A stretch of 64,000 nt of DNA from an uncultured Bacteroidales bacterium (GTDB lineage: Bacteria; Bacteroidota; Bacteroidia; Bacteroidales; JAUNSR01). The notes under the pieces are model-generated. The model was not told the origin of the DNA. It worked only from the letters and a program-made list of their open reading frames with translations, and searched no databases. Where the stretch lies: NCBI GenBank assembly GCA_947074105.1, contig CAMTON010000004.1, positions 2,683 through 66,682 of the forward strand, written 5' to 3'. The position numbers were made by a program, and so were the translations under genes. Below, one piece after another: positions 1 to 8,704 of this stretch (position 1 is the first letter of the stretch; every line of letters starts with the position of its first letter).

Positions 1-1692
1 TGGAAGCCAAGCAATACATTAAAAGTTAACTTCTCAAGTAATATTGAATACAGTAAACAGGCCGGTTATGCATATGGCATAGTAGATGACAATAATAAAG
101 TTCTGGATGTGAACTATAATGATCCGTCATCTTATAAGCGTCTTTTAAGTGCATCAAGTATTTTTATTGAAAAGAAATACGACAATATGATTCTTACAAG
201 TGCAACGGGTTATCAGTATTTTGACGATCATATGAAACTTGATCAGGACTTTACTCCTGCATCAATATATACTCTTAATCAGAAACAGAAACAAAATTCA
301 GTTTCAGAGGAGATAATTCTTAAGTCAAAAGACAATCATAATTTCAAATGGCTTGCAGGATTGTTTACTTTCTATCAGAATCTTCGCACAGATGCACCTG
401 TCGATTTCAAAAAAGATGGTATTCAGAATATGATAAATGCAAATATTAAGATACCTGAAGTTCAGATAGGTCCAAATAAGATCGTAATGTATGATTCGCT
501 TTCTAACAATAATATGGTGATAGAGGGCAGGTTCAGAACTCCTACATGGGGTACTGCAGTCTACACAAAACTTACTTATGATAACTTCCTTGTAAAAGGA
601 CTTTCAATATCAGCAGGCGTACGTCTTGACTATGAACGATCGATGCTTGATTATGATACCTATACCACAGCTTATGCCGACGGAGGTGTAACGATGGTAA
701 CACCTCAGGCTTCGCGTCCTCTTGCAGCTTTCTCCGATACACTTAATATCGGATTCAAAGGATCTAAAGCGATGGACAATACTGAAGTTCTTCCACGATT
801 TGACATCGTTTATTCTCCATGCAGCAGTTTTATGCTTTATGGTAATATTTCCCGCGGTTACAGAGCAGGAGGATACAATTTCCAGATGTTTTCGGATGCT
901 GTAAGCGGTCAGTTAAAAGGAAAAATGATTCAGGCCTTTATTGACCAGGCAGATAAAGCCGGCATGGGCAACAGCATTCCTGATAATATAAAGGAGATGG
1001 CAAAAGTGGTTGAGATCGACATTGAAAAACAGATACAATACCGTCCCGAATATAGCTGGAACTATGAAATAGGAACGCGCATGGATCTCTTTAAGAAACG
1101 CCTTATGATAGAGGCTGCAGTTTTCTATATCGATGTGAAAGATCAGCAGATATCGTCGTTTTCTGAAGACGGACTTGGACGAGTAACAAAGAATTCAGGT
1201 AAATCGCGTAGTTTAGGAGCTGAAGTGGGAGTAAAGGTCTTTCCTTTCGATAATTTTTCTTTTGCCGCAAACTATGGTTACACAAATGCACGATTCATAG
1301 AAAATAAGTCAGAAGCTAAAGTGAACAATGAAATCGTTACTATCGACTATAAAGATAATCATGTACCGTTTGCTCCGGAACATACAATGTCTGTCAGCGC
1401 TAACTACTCCTTAAACTTTAAAAATAAGTTTATTGATAATATGAACTTCAATGTAAGTTATGCAGGAGCTGGCCGCATCTATTGGGTAGAAGACAATTCA
1501 GCTTATCAGGACTTCTACGGGACTCTTAACGGGCGTGTAAGTGTAAGAAAAGGAATTGTAGAACTTGCAGCGTGGGGAAGAAACCTTACAAACGAAAAAT
1601 ATCAGGCATTCTATTTCCAGAGTATGGGAAATAAACTTGCACAGAAAGGTAATCCTCTTACCTTCGGTGGTGATCTGATTGTCAGATTCTGA
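1..1692 (+). CDS. TonB-dependent outer-membrane receptor, C-terminal beta-barrel part (5' end lies outside the window)
   Basis: Frame 1 is open from base 1, with no stop before the first Met at 109. The sequence looks like a beta-barrel with alternating strands and ends in a terminal aromatic (…GGDLIVRF), as TonB-dependent receptors do. Confidence 0.85.
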   Translation, partial: WKPSNTLKVNFSSNIEYSKQAGYAYGIVDDNNKVLDVNYNDPSSYKRLLSASSIFIEKKYDNMILTSATGYQYFDDHMKLDQDFTPASIYTLNQKQKQNSVSEEIILKSKDNHNFKWLAGLFTFYQNLRTDAPVDFKKDGIQNMINANIKIPEVQIGPNKIVMYDSLSNNNMVIEGRFRTPTWGTAVYTKLTYDNFLVKGLSISAGVRLDYERSMLDYDTYTTAYADGGVTMVTPQASRPLAAFSDTLNIGFKGSKAMDNTEVLPRFDIVYSPCSSFMLYGNISRGYRAGGYNFQMFSDAVSGQLKGKMIQAFIDQADKAGMGNSIPDNIKEMAKVVEIDIEKQIQYRPEYSWNYEIGTRMDLFKKRLMIEAAVFYIDVKDQQISSFSEDGLGRVTKNSGKSRSLGAEVGVKVFPFDNFSFAANYGYTNARFIENKSEAKVNNEIVTIDYKDNHVPFAPEHTMSVSANYSLNFKNKFIDNMNFNVSYAGAGRIYWVEDNSAYQDFYGTLNGRVSVRKGIVELAAWGRNLTNEKYQAFYFQSMGNKLAQKGNPLTFGGDLIVRF

Positions 1693-1750
1693 TTTTTATA
1701 ATATAAATAAATTGTTTCAGATAACCTCTTTCTATATTGCAACAATTTGA

Positions 1751-1775
1751 AGCCCTCTCGTGAGGGCTTTTTTTA
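1751..1775 (+). terminator. Rho-independent terminator after the TonB-dependent receptor gene
   Basis: Stem AGCCCTC (1751-1757) pairs with GAGGGCT (1762-1768), followed by a run of 7 T. Confidence 0.7.
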
Positions 1776-1833
1776 TTTAACTGCTTTATTAATCTCTCTC
1801 CCTTTATCTGAAAAATGCTACAACTTTACAGAT

Positions 1834-1870
1834 AAAAAAAGAAAAGCTCCCGATAAAAAATATCGGAAGC
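1834..1870 (-). terminator. Rho-independent terminator after the GH97 gene
   Basis: On the minus strand, GCTTCCGATA-ttttt-TATCGGGAGC is followed by a T-rich run. Confidence 0.6.
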
Positions 1871-1909
1871 CTTTCATAAAAATATAACAGTATAATAAAT
1901 TCTTAAATC

Positions 1910-3856
1910 TTATTCAAATACGACGATACCTCCGTCATTAAGCATTTCAAGTTTAAGTTTGCCGTCTTTGCCGACTTTCACTTCTTTAAAACCTGATGAT
2001 TTACGGTCTTTAACGTCATGAATCATTTTTACGGTTTTGCCTGAAAGCTCAGGAACATTTACTGTAAGTTTAAGTGGCTCTGCAAGAGCATTAGTTCCTG
2101 AAAGATACCATTTGTCACCTTTACGACGCATAAGAACGCAGTATTCACCGATTTTACCGTCTACAAATTTTGTTTCATCCCATGTAGTAGGTACTTCACG
2201 GATAAAGTCGAACAGATACTGAGGTTTGTCATCAATGTTATTTGGTGTTATGGCAAGAAACTGAACAGGGCAGAAGTAATGTACCAGTGTTGCAAGTTCA
2301 TAAGCATCTGTTGAATAACGTTTGTGACGGCTTTTATTGTCTTTAGAGAAATATTCGTTTAAGAATACGCCTCCGTATTCCATTGAAGCCACCGCACCGC
2401 GTGTGAACGGAAGGATAGTACTGTTAAGAACCTGTTTCTTCGCATGATAATCTTCGAAATATACATTTTCAGAAGCAAGTACCGCTTCACTTCCGATAAA
2501 GTTAGGGAACATTCTTTCCCATCCGCGTGGAAGTGTAGTACCGTGGAAGTCAACCATCAGACCGTAGTTGTTAGCATCATTAAGAATATCTTCATAAAGC
2601 TTCATTGTTTCCTGTTTGTCTCCTCCGAAGAAGTCAACTTTGATACCTTTCACTCCAAGATCTTTCATCCACTGCATCTCTTTCTGACGGATATATGATT
2701 TATCCATTTTACCTTTAGGGCCCTGAGGTGCATTATTCCAGTATCCGTTAGAGTTGTACCACAACCATACGTCTACACCTTTCGACTGTGCATATTTAAT
2801 CAGTTCCGGCATTCTGTCGTAACCGATCTGATAGTTCCAGTGAGCGTCGATAAGGATATATTCGATACCTGCTTTTGCAGCAAGGTCGATGAAAGTCACC
2901 TGATCGTCATAATTACAGCTTTCATCCTGCCATACGATCCAGCTCCATGTCCCTTTTCCGTATTTGTATTCCTGTGAAGGTTCATAAAGAGGCTCTACAA
3001 CGTCAAGAGCGATTGTAGACTCTACGATAGGTTTAAATGTACTGCCTACAGTGATAGTTCTCCACGGAGTATGTCCGGGAAGTGTCATTCCGATTTCAGA
3101 AGAACCTATACCGTTGTTTTCACCCTGCTGAGGAAATTCGATCATATAAAGACCGTCTTTTGAAGATTCACCAAGGCGACATCCTGCATAACGGCTGTCA
3201 ACTCCTGTCTCAGAGACAAGAGCCCAGTCTTTACCTACCTTGAATAAAGCCGGGAATGTATAACCTACACCGTATTTAGATACGCTGCCCACAGGCTCAT
3301 TCATTGTATATTCCTCTTCATAACTAGGTTTTGTTTCTTCCCAGCCGGCTCCCGGAGGTGCCTGAGGAGTTATATATGTAGTCGTATGTTTAGGGAAATC
3401 AAAACCTGTATTTTCTCTTTCTATTACGCAATATGTTTTTCCGTTTGAAGGAAGAAGGTCATATCTGAAAGCGATATCATTGTTGCTAAGTCTGAATACA
3501 ACTTTGAAATAGTTGTTTTTCTTATCCTTTAAAGGGATGATCACTTCGTTAGCCTTATAGTTTATTGTGCTGAATTTCGCCGTAGGAAGGCTGTATGTTT
3601 CATCTATGAAACCTGTCACGATATCTCCGTTAAGCTCCAGACCTTCTGAAAGATTTCCAAGAGAAGTGATAAGACCAAGAGGAGACGGGTCAAGGATTGT
3701 CTGACCGTTGAAATGTACCGTGTAAGATGCTTTTCCTGATTTCAGATCTACTTTTACTACAAGGTCACCGTTAGGACCGGTGATCTCCGTGATTGTTTTG
3801 GCAGAAAGAGGCAAAACTGCTCCCGCTGCCAATAATAATGTAAGATAGTTTTTCAT
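1910..3856 (-). CDS. Glycoside hydrolase family 97 (SusB-like alpha-glucosidase/alpha-galactosidase family), secreted
   Basis: 648 aa with signal peptide MKNYLTLLLAAGAVLPLSA. GH97-like motifs are present: ILIDAHWN, GIKVDFFGGD, MVDFHGTTLPRGW. Confidence 0.85.
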   Translation of the reverse strand: MKNYLTLLLAAGAVLPLSAKTITEITGPNGDLVVKVDLKSGKASYTVHFNGQTILDPSPLGLITSLGNLSEGLELNGDIVTGFIDETYSLPTAKFSTINYKANEVIIPLKDKKNNYFKVVFRLSNNDIAFRYDLLPSNGKTYCVIERENTGFDFPKHTTTYITPQAPPGAGWEETKPSYEEEYTMNEPVGSVSKYGVGYTFPALFKVGKDWALVSETGVDSRYAGCRLGESSKDGLYMIEFPQQGENNGIGSSEIGMTLPGHTPWRTITVGSTFKPIVESTIALDVVEPLYEPSQEYKYGKGTWSWIVWQDESCNYDDQVTFIDLAAKAGIEYILIDAHWNYQIGYDRMPELIKYAQSKGVDVWLWYNSNGYWNNAPQGPKGKMDKSYIRQKEMQWMKDLGVKGIKVDFFGGDKQETMKLYEDILNDANNYGLMVDFHGTTLPRGWERMFPNFIGSEAVLASENVYFEDYHAKKQVLNSTILPFTRGAVASMEYGGVFLNEYFSKDNKSRHKRYSTDAYELATLVHYFCPVQFLAITPNNIDDKPQYLFDFIREVPTTWDETKFVDGKIGEYCVLMRRKGDKWYLSGTNALAEPLKLTVNVPELSGKTVKMIHDVKDRKSSGFKEVKVGKDGKLKLEMLNDGGIVVFE

Positions 3857-3916
3857 TTACTGGTTGTTAAAATTATTCTTTATAAATAATTACAATGCGT
3901 ATATAATTGTCAATGG

Positions 3917-3924
3917 CAAATATA
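3917..3924 (-). promoter_or_regulatory. Bacteroidota -7 box (TATATTTG) for the GH97 gene
   Basis: Matches the TAnnTTTG consensus on the minus strand, about 60 nt upstream of the ATG at 3856. Confidence 0.4.
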
Positions 3925-4074
3925 ATAATATTACTTAGATTTTAACAATCTTGATATTTATGACAATTTAAAATGACTAATAAGTTACCCCCATTTGATT
4001 AATTTATTATTTGATGTAACATCAGGTTTAATGGAATATATATATAAATTCTTAGTTATATATGTTTCTTTGAT

Positions 4075-4190
4075 GAGCTCCGGCTGTCACTCAGTAAACT
4101 ACCGCCCGAGGTAAGTGCAGCTTCCTGGAGGGAACAGTTTTGACATCGGCCGGAAGTCAATCAAGTTATAGCCGGGATACGGAGCAAGAT
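4075..4190. ncRNA. Candidate structured RNA or cis-regulatory element (GC-rich multi-hairpin island); strand and class unresolved
   Basis: A GC-rich patch in an AT-rich 520-nt spacer. Helices: 10-bp CCGGCTGTCA (4080-4089) with TGACA-tcg-GCCGG (4141-4153); hairpin ACTACC-gcccga-GGTAAGT (4098-4116); hairpin TTCC-tggag-GGAA (4122-4134). Alternative partners for the 5' arm exist at GCCGG 4171-4175 and GGAGC 4181-4185. Confidence 0.3.
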
Positions 4191-4332
4191 GGAGATAATA
4201 ATTATTCATTAATTAACAAAAATAAATTTGTTGAAAAAAGAAGTAAGGAAATGTAACAATATATTATACAATTTCATCTTTTTAAACTAAGTCGGCATTA
4301 AAACCTTATAACAGTAATTGAATTCAAAGTAT

Positions 4333-4340
4333 TACTTTTG
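4333..4340 (+). promoter_or_regulatory. Bacteroidota -7 box (TACTTTTG) for the CHR transporter pair
   Basis: TAnnTTTG match 37 nt upstream of the ATG at 4377, immediately followed by the inverted repeat GTGAATT-gtt-AATTCAC (4340-4356). Confidence 0.45.
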
Positions 4341-4376
4341 TGAATTGTTAATTCACTTTCATAAAGGAAAAGTAAA

Positions 4377-4919
4377 ATGAAAGGACTTAAAGTCTATTGG
4401 GATCTTTTTTCCGTGTTTTTTAAAATTGGCGCATTTACGTTTGGCGGGGGATGGGCGATGATTTCTATCATCGAGAAAGAAGTTGTTGAAAAGAAAAAAT
4501 GGCTCGACAAGGAGGAATTTATTGATGCTCTTGCCGTTTCTCAGTCACTTCCCGGTATTCTGGCTGTAAATATATCCATATATACCGGCAATAAACATGC
4601 AAAGTTCTACGGAGCTCTTGCCGCTACACTCGGCACGGTACTTCCGTCATTCACTATGATTCTTGCCATAGCATTGTTCTTTGTAAGAATATATGACGAA
4701 CCATATATGATAGCTATTTTTAACGGAATACGTCCCGCTGTGGTGGCGCTTATTATAATTCCGGTTTTTTCTACAGCCAAATCATCCAAAATCACATGGC
4801 GTAATTGCTGGATTCCTATAGCAGGAGCACTATTGATATGGCTTGCCGGAGTTTCACCGGTATATATAATACTCGGAGCTGCCGCGTTTGCCTTCATCCG
4901 TAAGTTTTTCAGAAGATAA
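4377..4919 (+). CDS. Chromate ion transporter (CHR) family protein, short-chain half 1
   Basis: 180 aa polytopic membrane protein with the CHR signature FTFGGGWAMISIIEKEVVEKKKW, paired with a paralogous half 20 nt downstream. Confidence 0.85.
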   Translation: MKGLKVYWDLFSVFFKIGAFTFGGGWAMISIIEKEVVEKKKWLDKEEFIDALAVSQSLPGILAVNISIYTGNKHAKFYGALAATLGTVLPSFTMILAIALFFVRIYDEPYMIAIFNGIRPAVVALIIIPVFSTAKSSKITWRNCWIPIAGALLIWLAGVSPVYIILGAAAFAFIRKFFRR

Positions 4920-4938
4920 ATAAGATAAAATAAGAATT

Positions 4939-5472
4939 ATGATATACCTGCAGCTTTTCTGGGTTTACTTCAAAATCGGGCTTTTCGGCTTTGGCGGAGG
5001 TTATGCAATGTTGTCGCTGATTCAGCATGAAGTAGTAGAGAAAAATCAATGGATCACTGATGCTCAGTTTACCGATATTGTAGCGATTTCACAGATGACG
5101 CCGGGGCCTATCGGAATAAATAGTGCCACATATATCGGTTATACAGCAAGCGGATCAGTATTAGGATCTTTTATTGCTACATTTTCAGTATGTCTTCCTT
5201 CATTTCTGCTTATGCTTTTTGTGAGCAGGATTTTATTGAAGTTCAAAAATAATGTCTGGGTTGACACCTTGTTTAAGGGACTTCGTCCTGCAATTGTGGG
5301 ACTAGTGGCTTCTGCCGGACTTATGCTTCTTAATTCTCAGAACTTTCAGGACTGGAAAAGTGTATTGATATTTGCCATAGCATTTGTTGCGGTGAAATTT
5401 TTCAAAGTGCATCCCATTCTTATGATAATAATATCGGGAGCTTTCGGATATATATTTTGTTACCCCCAATAA
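4939..5472 (+). CDS. Chromate ion transporter (CHR) family protein, short-chain half 2
   Basis: 177 aa with signature FGFGGGYAMLSLIQHEVVEKNQW. The tandem arrangement matches known bipartite short-chain CHR pairs. Confidence 0.85.
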   Translation: MIYLQLFWVYFKIGLFGFGGGYAMLSLIQHEVVEKNQWITDAQFTDIVAISQMTPGPIGINSATYIGYTASGSVLGSFIATFSVCLPSFLLMLFVSRILLKFKNNVWVDTLFKGLRPAIVGLVASAGLMLLNSQNFQDWKSVLIFAIAFVAVKFFKVHPILMIIISGAFGYIFCYPQ

Positions 5473-5506
5473 AGATCATAATTTTTCTTACTTTATAATA
5501 TAAAGC

Positions 5507-5543
5507 AAAAGCCGCTAAGAATCTGAGTTTCTTAGCGGCTTTG
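5507..5543. terminator. Bidirectional hairpin terminator between the convergent CHR pair and the EamA gene
   Basis: 10-bp stem GCCGCTAAGA (5511-5520) with TCTTAGCGGC (5530-5539), with an A-run upstream and T's downstream. Confidence 0.6.
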
Positions 5544-5564
5544 TTATAATTGTCAAATGATATT

Positions 5565-6449
5565 TTATCCTCTTACAAGTTTCCTTACCGGTTTAAGGAC
5601 AGAAACTGTCTGCAGCAGAACTGATAATACGATCAGGAATAATCCAAGATAGAAGGAACCGTTAAGCTCGCTTGCTTCTTTGAATATCACCATTGCTATA
5701 AGTATGCTGTAGACCGGTTCAAGGTTATAGCTCAGGTTCATGGTGAAAGCTGATACTTTCTTCAGTACCTGAATCTGAAGCATATACAGACCGATAGTAC
5801 ATACAAGGCAGAAGAACACCATATATATAAGGTCGCTCCCTGTAGGTACGAGATTCTCTGTAGGAAACATATTCATATAAAAAGGCATTATTGCCGATAC
5901 TCCTATAAAACCTCCTATCATTTCATACTCCAGGATAGTGCCGGAAGCATGTTTTTTGCTGATTCTCTGATTGAATATAGAGAATAAAGAACATAAAGCG
6001 GAAGAGATCACTCCAAGCATTATACCCAAATGATATCTTGAGTCAAAATGGAATATTACCGCTACACCGCACAGAGTGATAAGACTGAAAATAAGTTCTT
6101 TTGCCGATAATCTTTTCTTATTGATAAGCGGTTCGAAAATTGCCGTGAAAAATCCTACAAGTGAAAAACATACAACTCCGATGGATACGTTCGCCGTCTT
6201 AATACTTGCGTAGAAAAATATCCAGTGCAGAGCGAGAAGGAAGCCGGCAGAACCTATTTTGGCGAAATCTTTCAGTGAAATCTTTTGCAGTTTTCCGCTG
6301 AAAAACAATAATAATCCGAAGATTATAGATGTTGCCAGAAGCCTGTACCATACAAGAAGACCCTCGTTAAGAGTGATCAGTTTACCGAATATGCCGGTAA
6401 AGCCCGCAATAAATACGGACAGATGAAGCTTTAGAAACGCCTCTTTCAT
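5565..6449 (-). CDS. EamA/DMT-superfamily transporter
   Basis: 294 aa with about 10 predicted TM helices in two repeated halves, the typical EamA-like organisation. Confidence 0.75.
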   Translation of the reverse strand: MKEAFLKLHLSVFIAGFTGIFGKLITLNEGLLVWYRLLATSIIFGLLLFFSGKLQKISLKDFAKIGSAGFLLALHWIFFYASIKTANVSIGVVCFSLVGFFTAIFEPLINKKRLSAKELIFSLITLCGVAVIFHFDSRYHLGIMLGVISSALCSLFSIFNQRISKKHASGTILEYEMIGGFIGVSAIMPFYMNMFPTENLVPTGSDLIYMVFFCLVCTIGLYMLQIQVLKKVSAFTMNLSYNLEPVYSILIAMVIFKEASELNGSFYLGLFLIVLSVLLQTVSVLKPVRKLVRG

Positions 6450-6546
6450 AGTAAATTATTAATAAATTATAATCTTATTGCGTCAATTACTGATACGCTG
6501 CGCCTAAAAAATATATGAAATAGTGTATGGTTTTAATCTGATATGA

Positions 6547-7473
6547 TTAAAACCATTTTATACGTCTGAATATTACAAATGCAAGTGCCGAAAGAACTAT
6601 AGAGCAGATTACGATCCACAGGAATGCCATAGGATAGTTTTCCAGATGAATATCAACGTTCATTCCGTAGAAACTTGCGATAAGAGTAGGGATCATTAAT
6701 ACTATAGAAAGGCTTGTCATGCGTTTCATTATAGTATTCACGTTATTTGAGATGATAGAAGCAAAAGCATCCATTGTTCCGGTAAGGATATCACTGTAGA
6801 TGTTTACCATGTTATATGCCTGTCTTAATTCGATAAGAACATCTTCTACAAGATCTTCATCAAACATTGCGGCACTCTGATAGATAGTTTTCAGTTTGCC
6901 GATAAGCATTTCGTTACCACGGATGGAAGTATTGAAGTAAACGAGTGTTTTCTGCAGTTTCATCAGTCTCAGAAGATCTTCATTCTTGATGCTGCTCTCC
7001 AGAGCCTGTTCGGCAGAGCGTACATCGATGTTTATCTGTTTAAGATATTTCAGAAACCATACTGCGGAAGAATAGATTATACGAAGTATAAGTTCGGCCT
7101 TATTATTGACCTTAACTGATTTTCTTCTTGTATAAAGAATGAAATCATCGATCATATTGGCTTTATGATAACATAGAGAAATTGTGTATTTATCGTTTGT
7201 TATCACACCCATCGGCACTGTTGTGTAAGGTATGTCATTATTGCCGTTCTGAATCGGAATACGTACAACTGTAAGAAGCCAGCCGTCTTCCTCTTCAATA
7301 CGCGGACGTTCATCGGTATCGGCGATATCCTTTAAAAAAGATTCCGGTACTTTAAGTTCGTTTCTCAGATAATCGAAATCATTTTTGTCAGGCATCACTA
7401 CATTGATCCAGCAATCTTTCTGCCAGCTTTGTTTTTCTACAAAGCCGGTCTCACAATAAAGATAAGTTCTCAT
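6547..7473 (-). CDS. corA: CorA-family magnesium/cobalt transporter
   Basis: 308 aa with a soluble N-terminal domain and two C-terminal TM helices carrying the YGMN motif (ASFYGMNV). Confidence 0.9.
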   Translation of the reverse strand: MRTYLYCETGFVEKQSWQKDCWINVVMPDKNDFDYLRNELKVPESFLKDIADTDERPRIEEEDGWLLTVVRIPIQNGNNDIPYTTVPMGVITNDKYTISLCYHKANMIDDFILYTRRKSVKVNNKAELILRIIYSSAVWFLKYLKQINIDVRSAEQALESSIKNEDLLRLMKLQKTLVYFNTSIRGNEMLIGKLKTIYQSAAMFDEDLVEDVLIELRQAYNMVNIYSDILTGTMDAFASIISNNVNTIMKRMTSLSIVLMIPTLIASFYGMNVDIHLENYPMAFLWIVICSIVLSALAFVIFRRIKWF

Positions 7474-7501
7474 TATTGTCTCTCTCCTATTTTTTATAAA
7501 A

Positions 7502-7538
7502 GCGGAATGAGACTACTTGTTCTTTATCTCATTGCCGC
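7502..7538 (-). promoter_or_regulatory. Terminator-like hairpin inside the corA 5' leader (possible attenuator)
   Basis: On the minus strand, GCGG-c-AATGAGA, a 14-nt loop, TCTCATT-CCGC, then TTTTAT. It lies about 25 nt upstream of the corA ATG and downstream of the -7 box at 7605-7612. Confidence 0.35.
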
Positions 7539-7604
7539 GCCGTTAAACTTTTAAATACGTTCGCGAATTGGGGTCGTCCATATTTCTGATAATTTTTTCG
7601 GGTG

Positions 7605-7612
7605 CAAAAGTA
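7605..7612 (-). promoter_or_regulatory. Bacteroidota -7 box (TACTTTTG) for corA
   Basis: TAnnTTTG match on the minus strand, implying a leader of about 125 nt. Confidence 0.45.
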
Positions 7613-7713
7613 CGGATTTTATTCTCTATTGTTCTCTATTGTCTGTTTAATTATTGATAAAAGAGTACAATTTTTAGAATCCTAAACCTTTAACTTATTT
7701 TAACCACAAAATA

Positions 7714-7835
7714 CTTATTGTAAATGATACATATAGGCGATTTGATTGTATATACATACGTAGGCTTGATAATGACATACCCTTATTGTATTATTTACAT
7801 AAAGGATTAATTAAGATTGTAGGAATTACAATAAG
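7714..7835. promoter_or_regulatory. Three exact copies of CTTATTGTA plus the palindrome ATTGTA-ggaat-TACAAT (7816-7832): candidate operator sites
   Basis: The 9-mer occurs at 7714-7722 (+), 7782-7790 (+) and 7827-7835 (-). All lie upstream of the -7 box of the NrtR-like regulator gene. Confidence 0.35.
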
Positions 7836-7864
7836 AGGGGTATTGCAGCTTTGAATTTTAGAAA

Positions 7865-7872
7865 TATTTTTG
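7865..7872 (+). promoter_or_regulatory. Bacteroidota -7 box (TATTTTTG) for the NrtR-like regulator/xyl genes
   Basis: TAnnTTTG match 69 nt upstream of the ATG at 7941. Confidence 0.45.
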
Positions 7873-7940
7873 TGTCATAATTCTGTTACGACAAGAAAAA
7901 ACAAACGGAATATTTCATGAAAAACTAATCGTAAATTGAT

Positions 7941-8645
7941 ATGACAAACAATAGTAAGTATTATCCTCACTTATCGGTTGACTGCGTTCTGATCGGCTAT
8001 GAAGATGATCAGCTCAAGGTTCTTCTAATAGAAAGAGCTGATGTCGTATCAAACGAAAAATATAATGATAAGAAACTTCCGGGTCGTCTTATATATATGG
8101 ATGAAGACCTTGATGAAGCAGCAGTTTCGGTCCTGAAAGAATATACGGGAATTGAAAATGCCTATCTGAAGCAGTTTAAATGTTTCGGTTCTCCGGGAAG
8201 GACATCAAACCCAAAAGATGTCAGGTGGCTTGAAAATGCAGTGAATCTTCAGATCGGAAGACTTGTAACGGTGGCTTATATGTCAATAGTGAAGATAGGA
8301 GCAAGGAGCAACAGAATAGATTCAGACTATAAGGCTGACTGGATTTCGCTTAAAGAACTTCCCGACCTGGCTTTCGATCATAATCAGATAATCAGTGAAG
8401 CGATTGCTGAAGTGAAGAAGCTGATTGAAAATGATCCGATGATTCTTGCTGATCTTCTTCCTGCAAAATTTACGGCTCTGCAATTAAGAAAACTTTATGA
8501 ACAGATTTACAATAAGGATCTGGATGTCAGAAATTTTCACAAGAAAATCAAATCGATGAAATATATTGTCGAACTTGATGAAAGAGAAGAAAACGTACCG
8601 CATCGCGCTGCGCGGTATTATAAGTTTGATAAAAAGAAAATCTGA
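7941..8645 (+). CDS. NrtR-family (Nudix-like domain plus winged-helix) transcriptional regulator, probably of pentose (xylose) utilisation
   Basis: 234 aa with an N-terminal Nudix-fold-like region and a C-terminal segment LQLRKLYEQIYNKDLDVRNFHKKI typical of the NrtR wHTH. It lies directly upstream of xylB-xylA. Confidence 0.7.
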   Translation: MTNNSKYYPHLSVDCVLIGYEDDQLKVLLIERADVVSNEKYNDKKLPGRLIYMDEDLDEAAVSVLKEYTGIENAYLKQFKCFGSPGRTSNPKDVRWLENAVNLQIGRLVTVAYMSIVKIGARSNRIDSDYKADWISLKELPDLAFDHNQIISEAIAEVKKLIENDPMILADLLPAKFTALQLRKLYEQIYNKDLDVRNFHKKIKSMKYIVELDEREENVPHRAARYYKFDKKKI

Positions 8646-8704
8646 AAAAATATAAACAAACATGCCGAAGCTGTCAACTCTGAGGCATATAATACCTGAA
8701 ACAT

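Noticed and set aside
4377-5472. Whether the two half-size CHR genes are a frameshifted pseudogene of a full-length chrA.
   Set aside because: Both halves have their own ATG and full-length half-domains, each with the FGGG…EVVEK…W signature, separated by a 19-nt spacer. Bipartite short-chain CHR pairs are a known natural arrangement.
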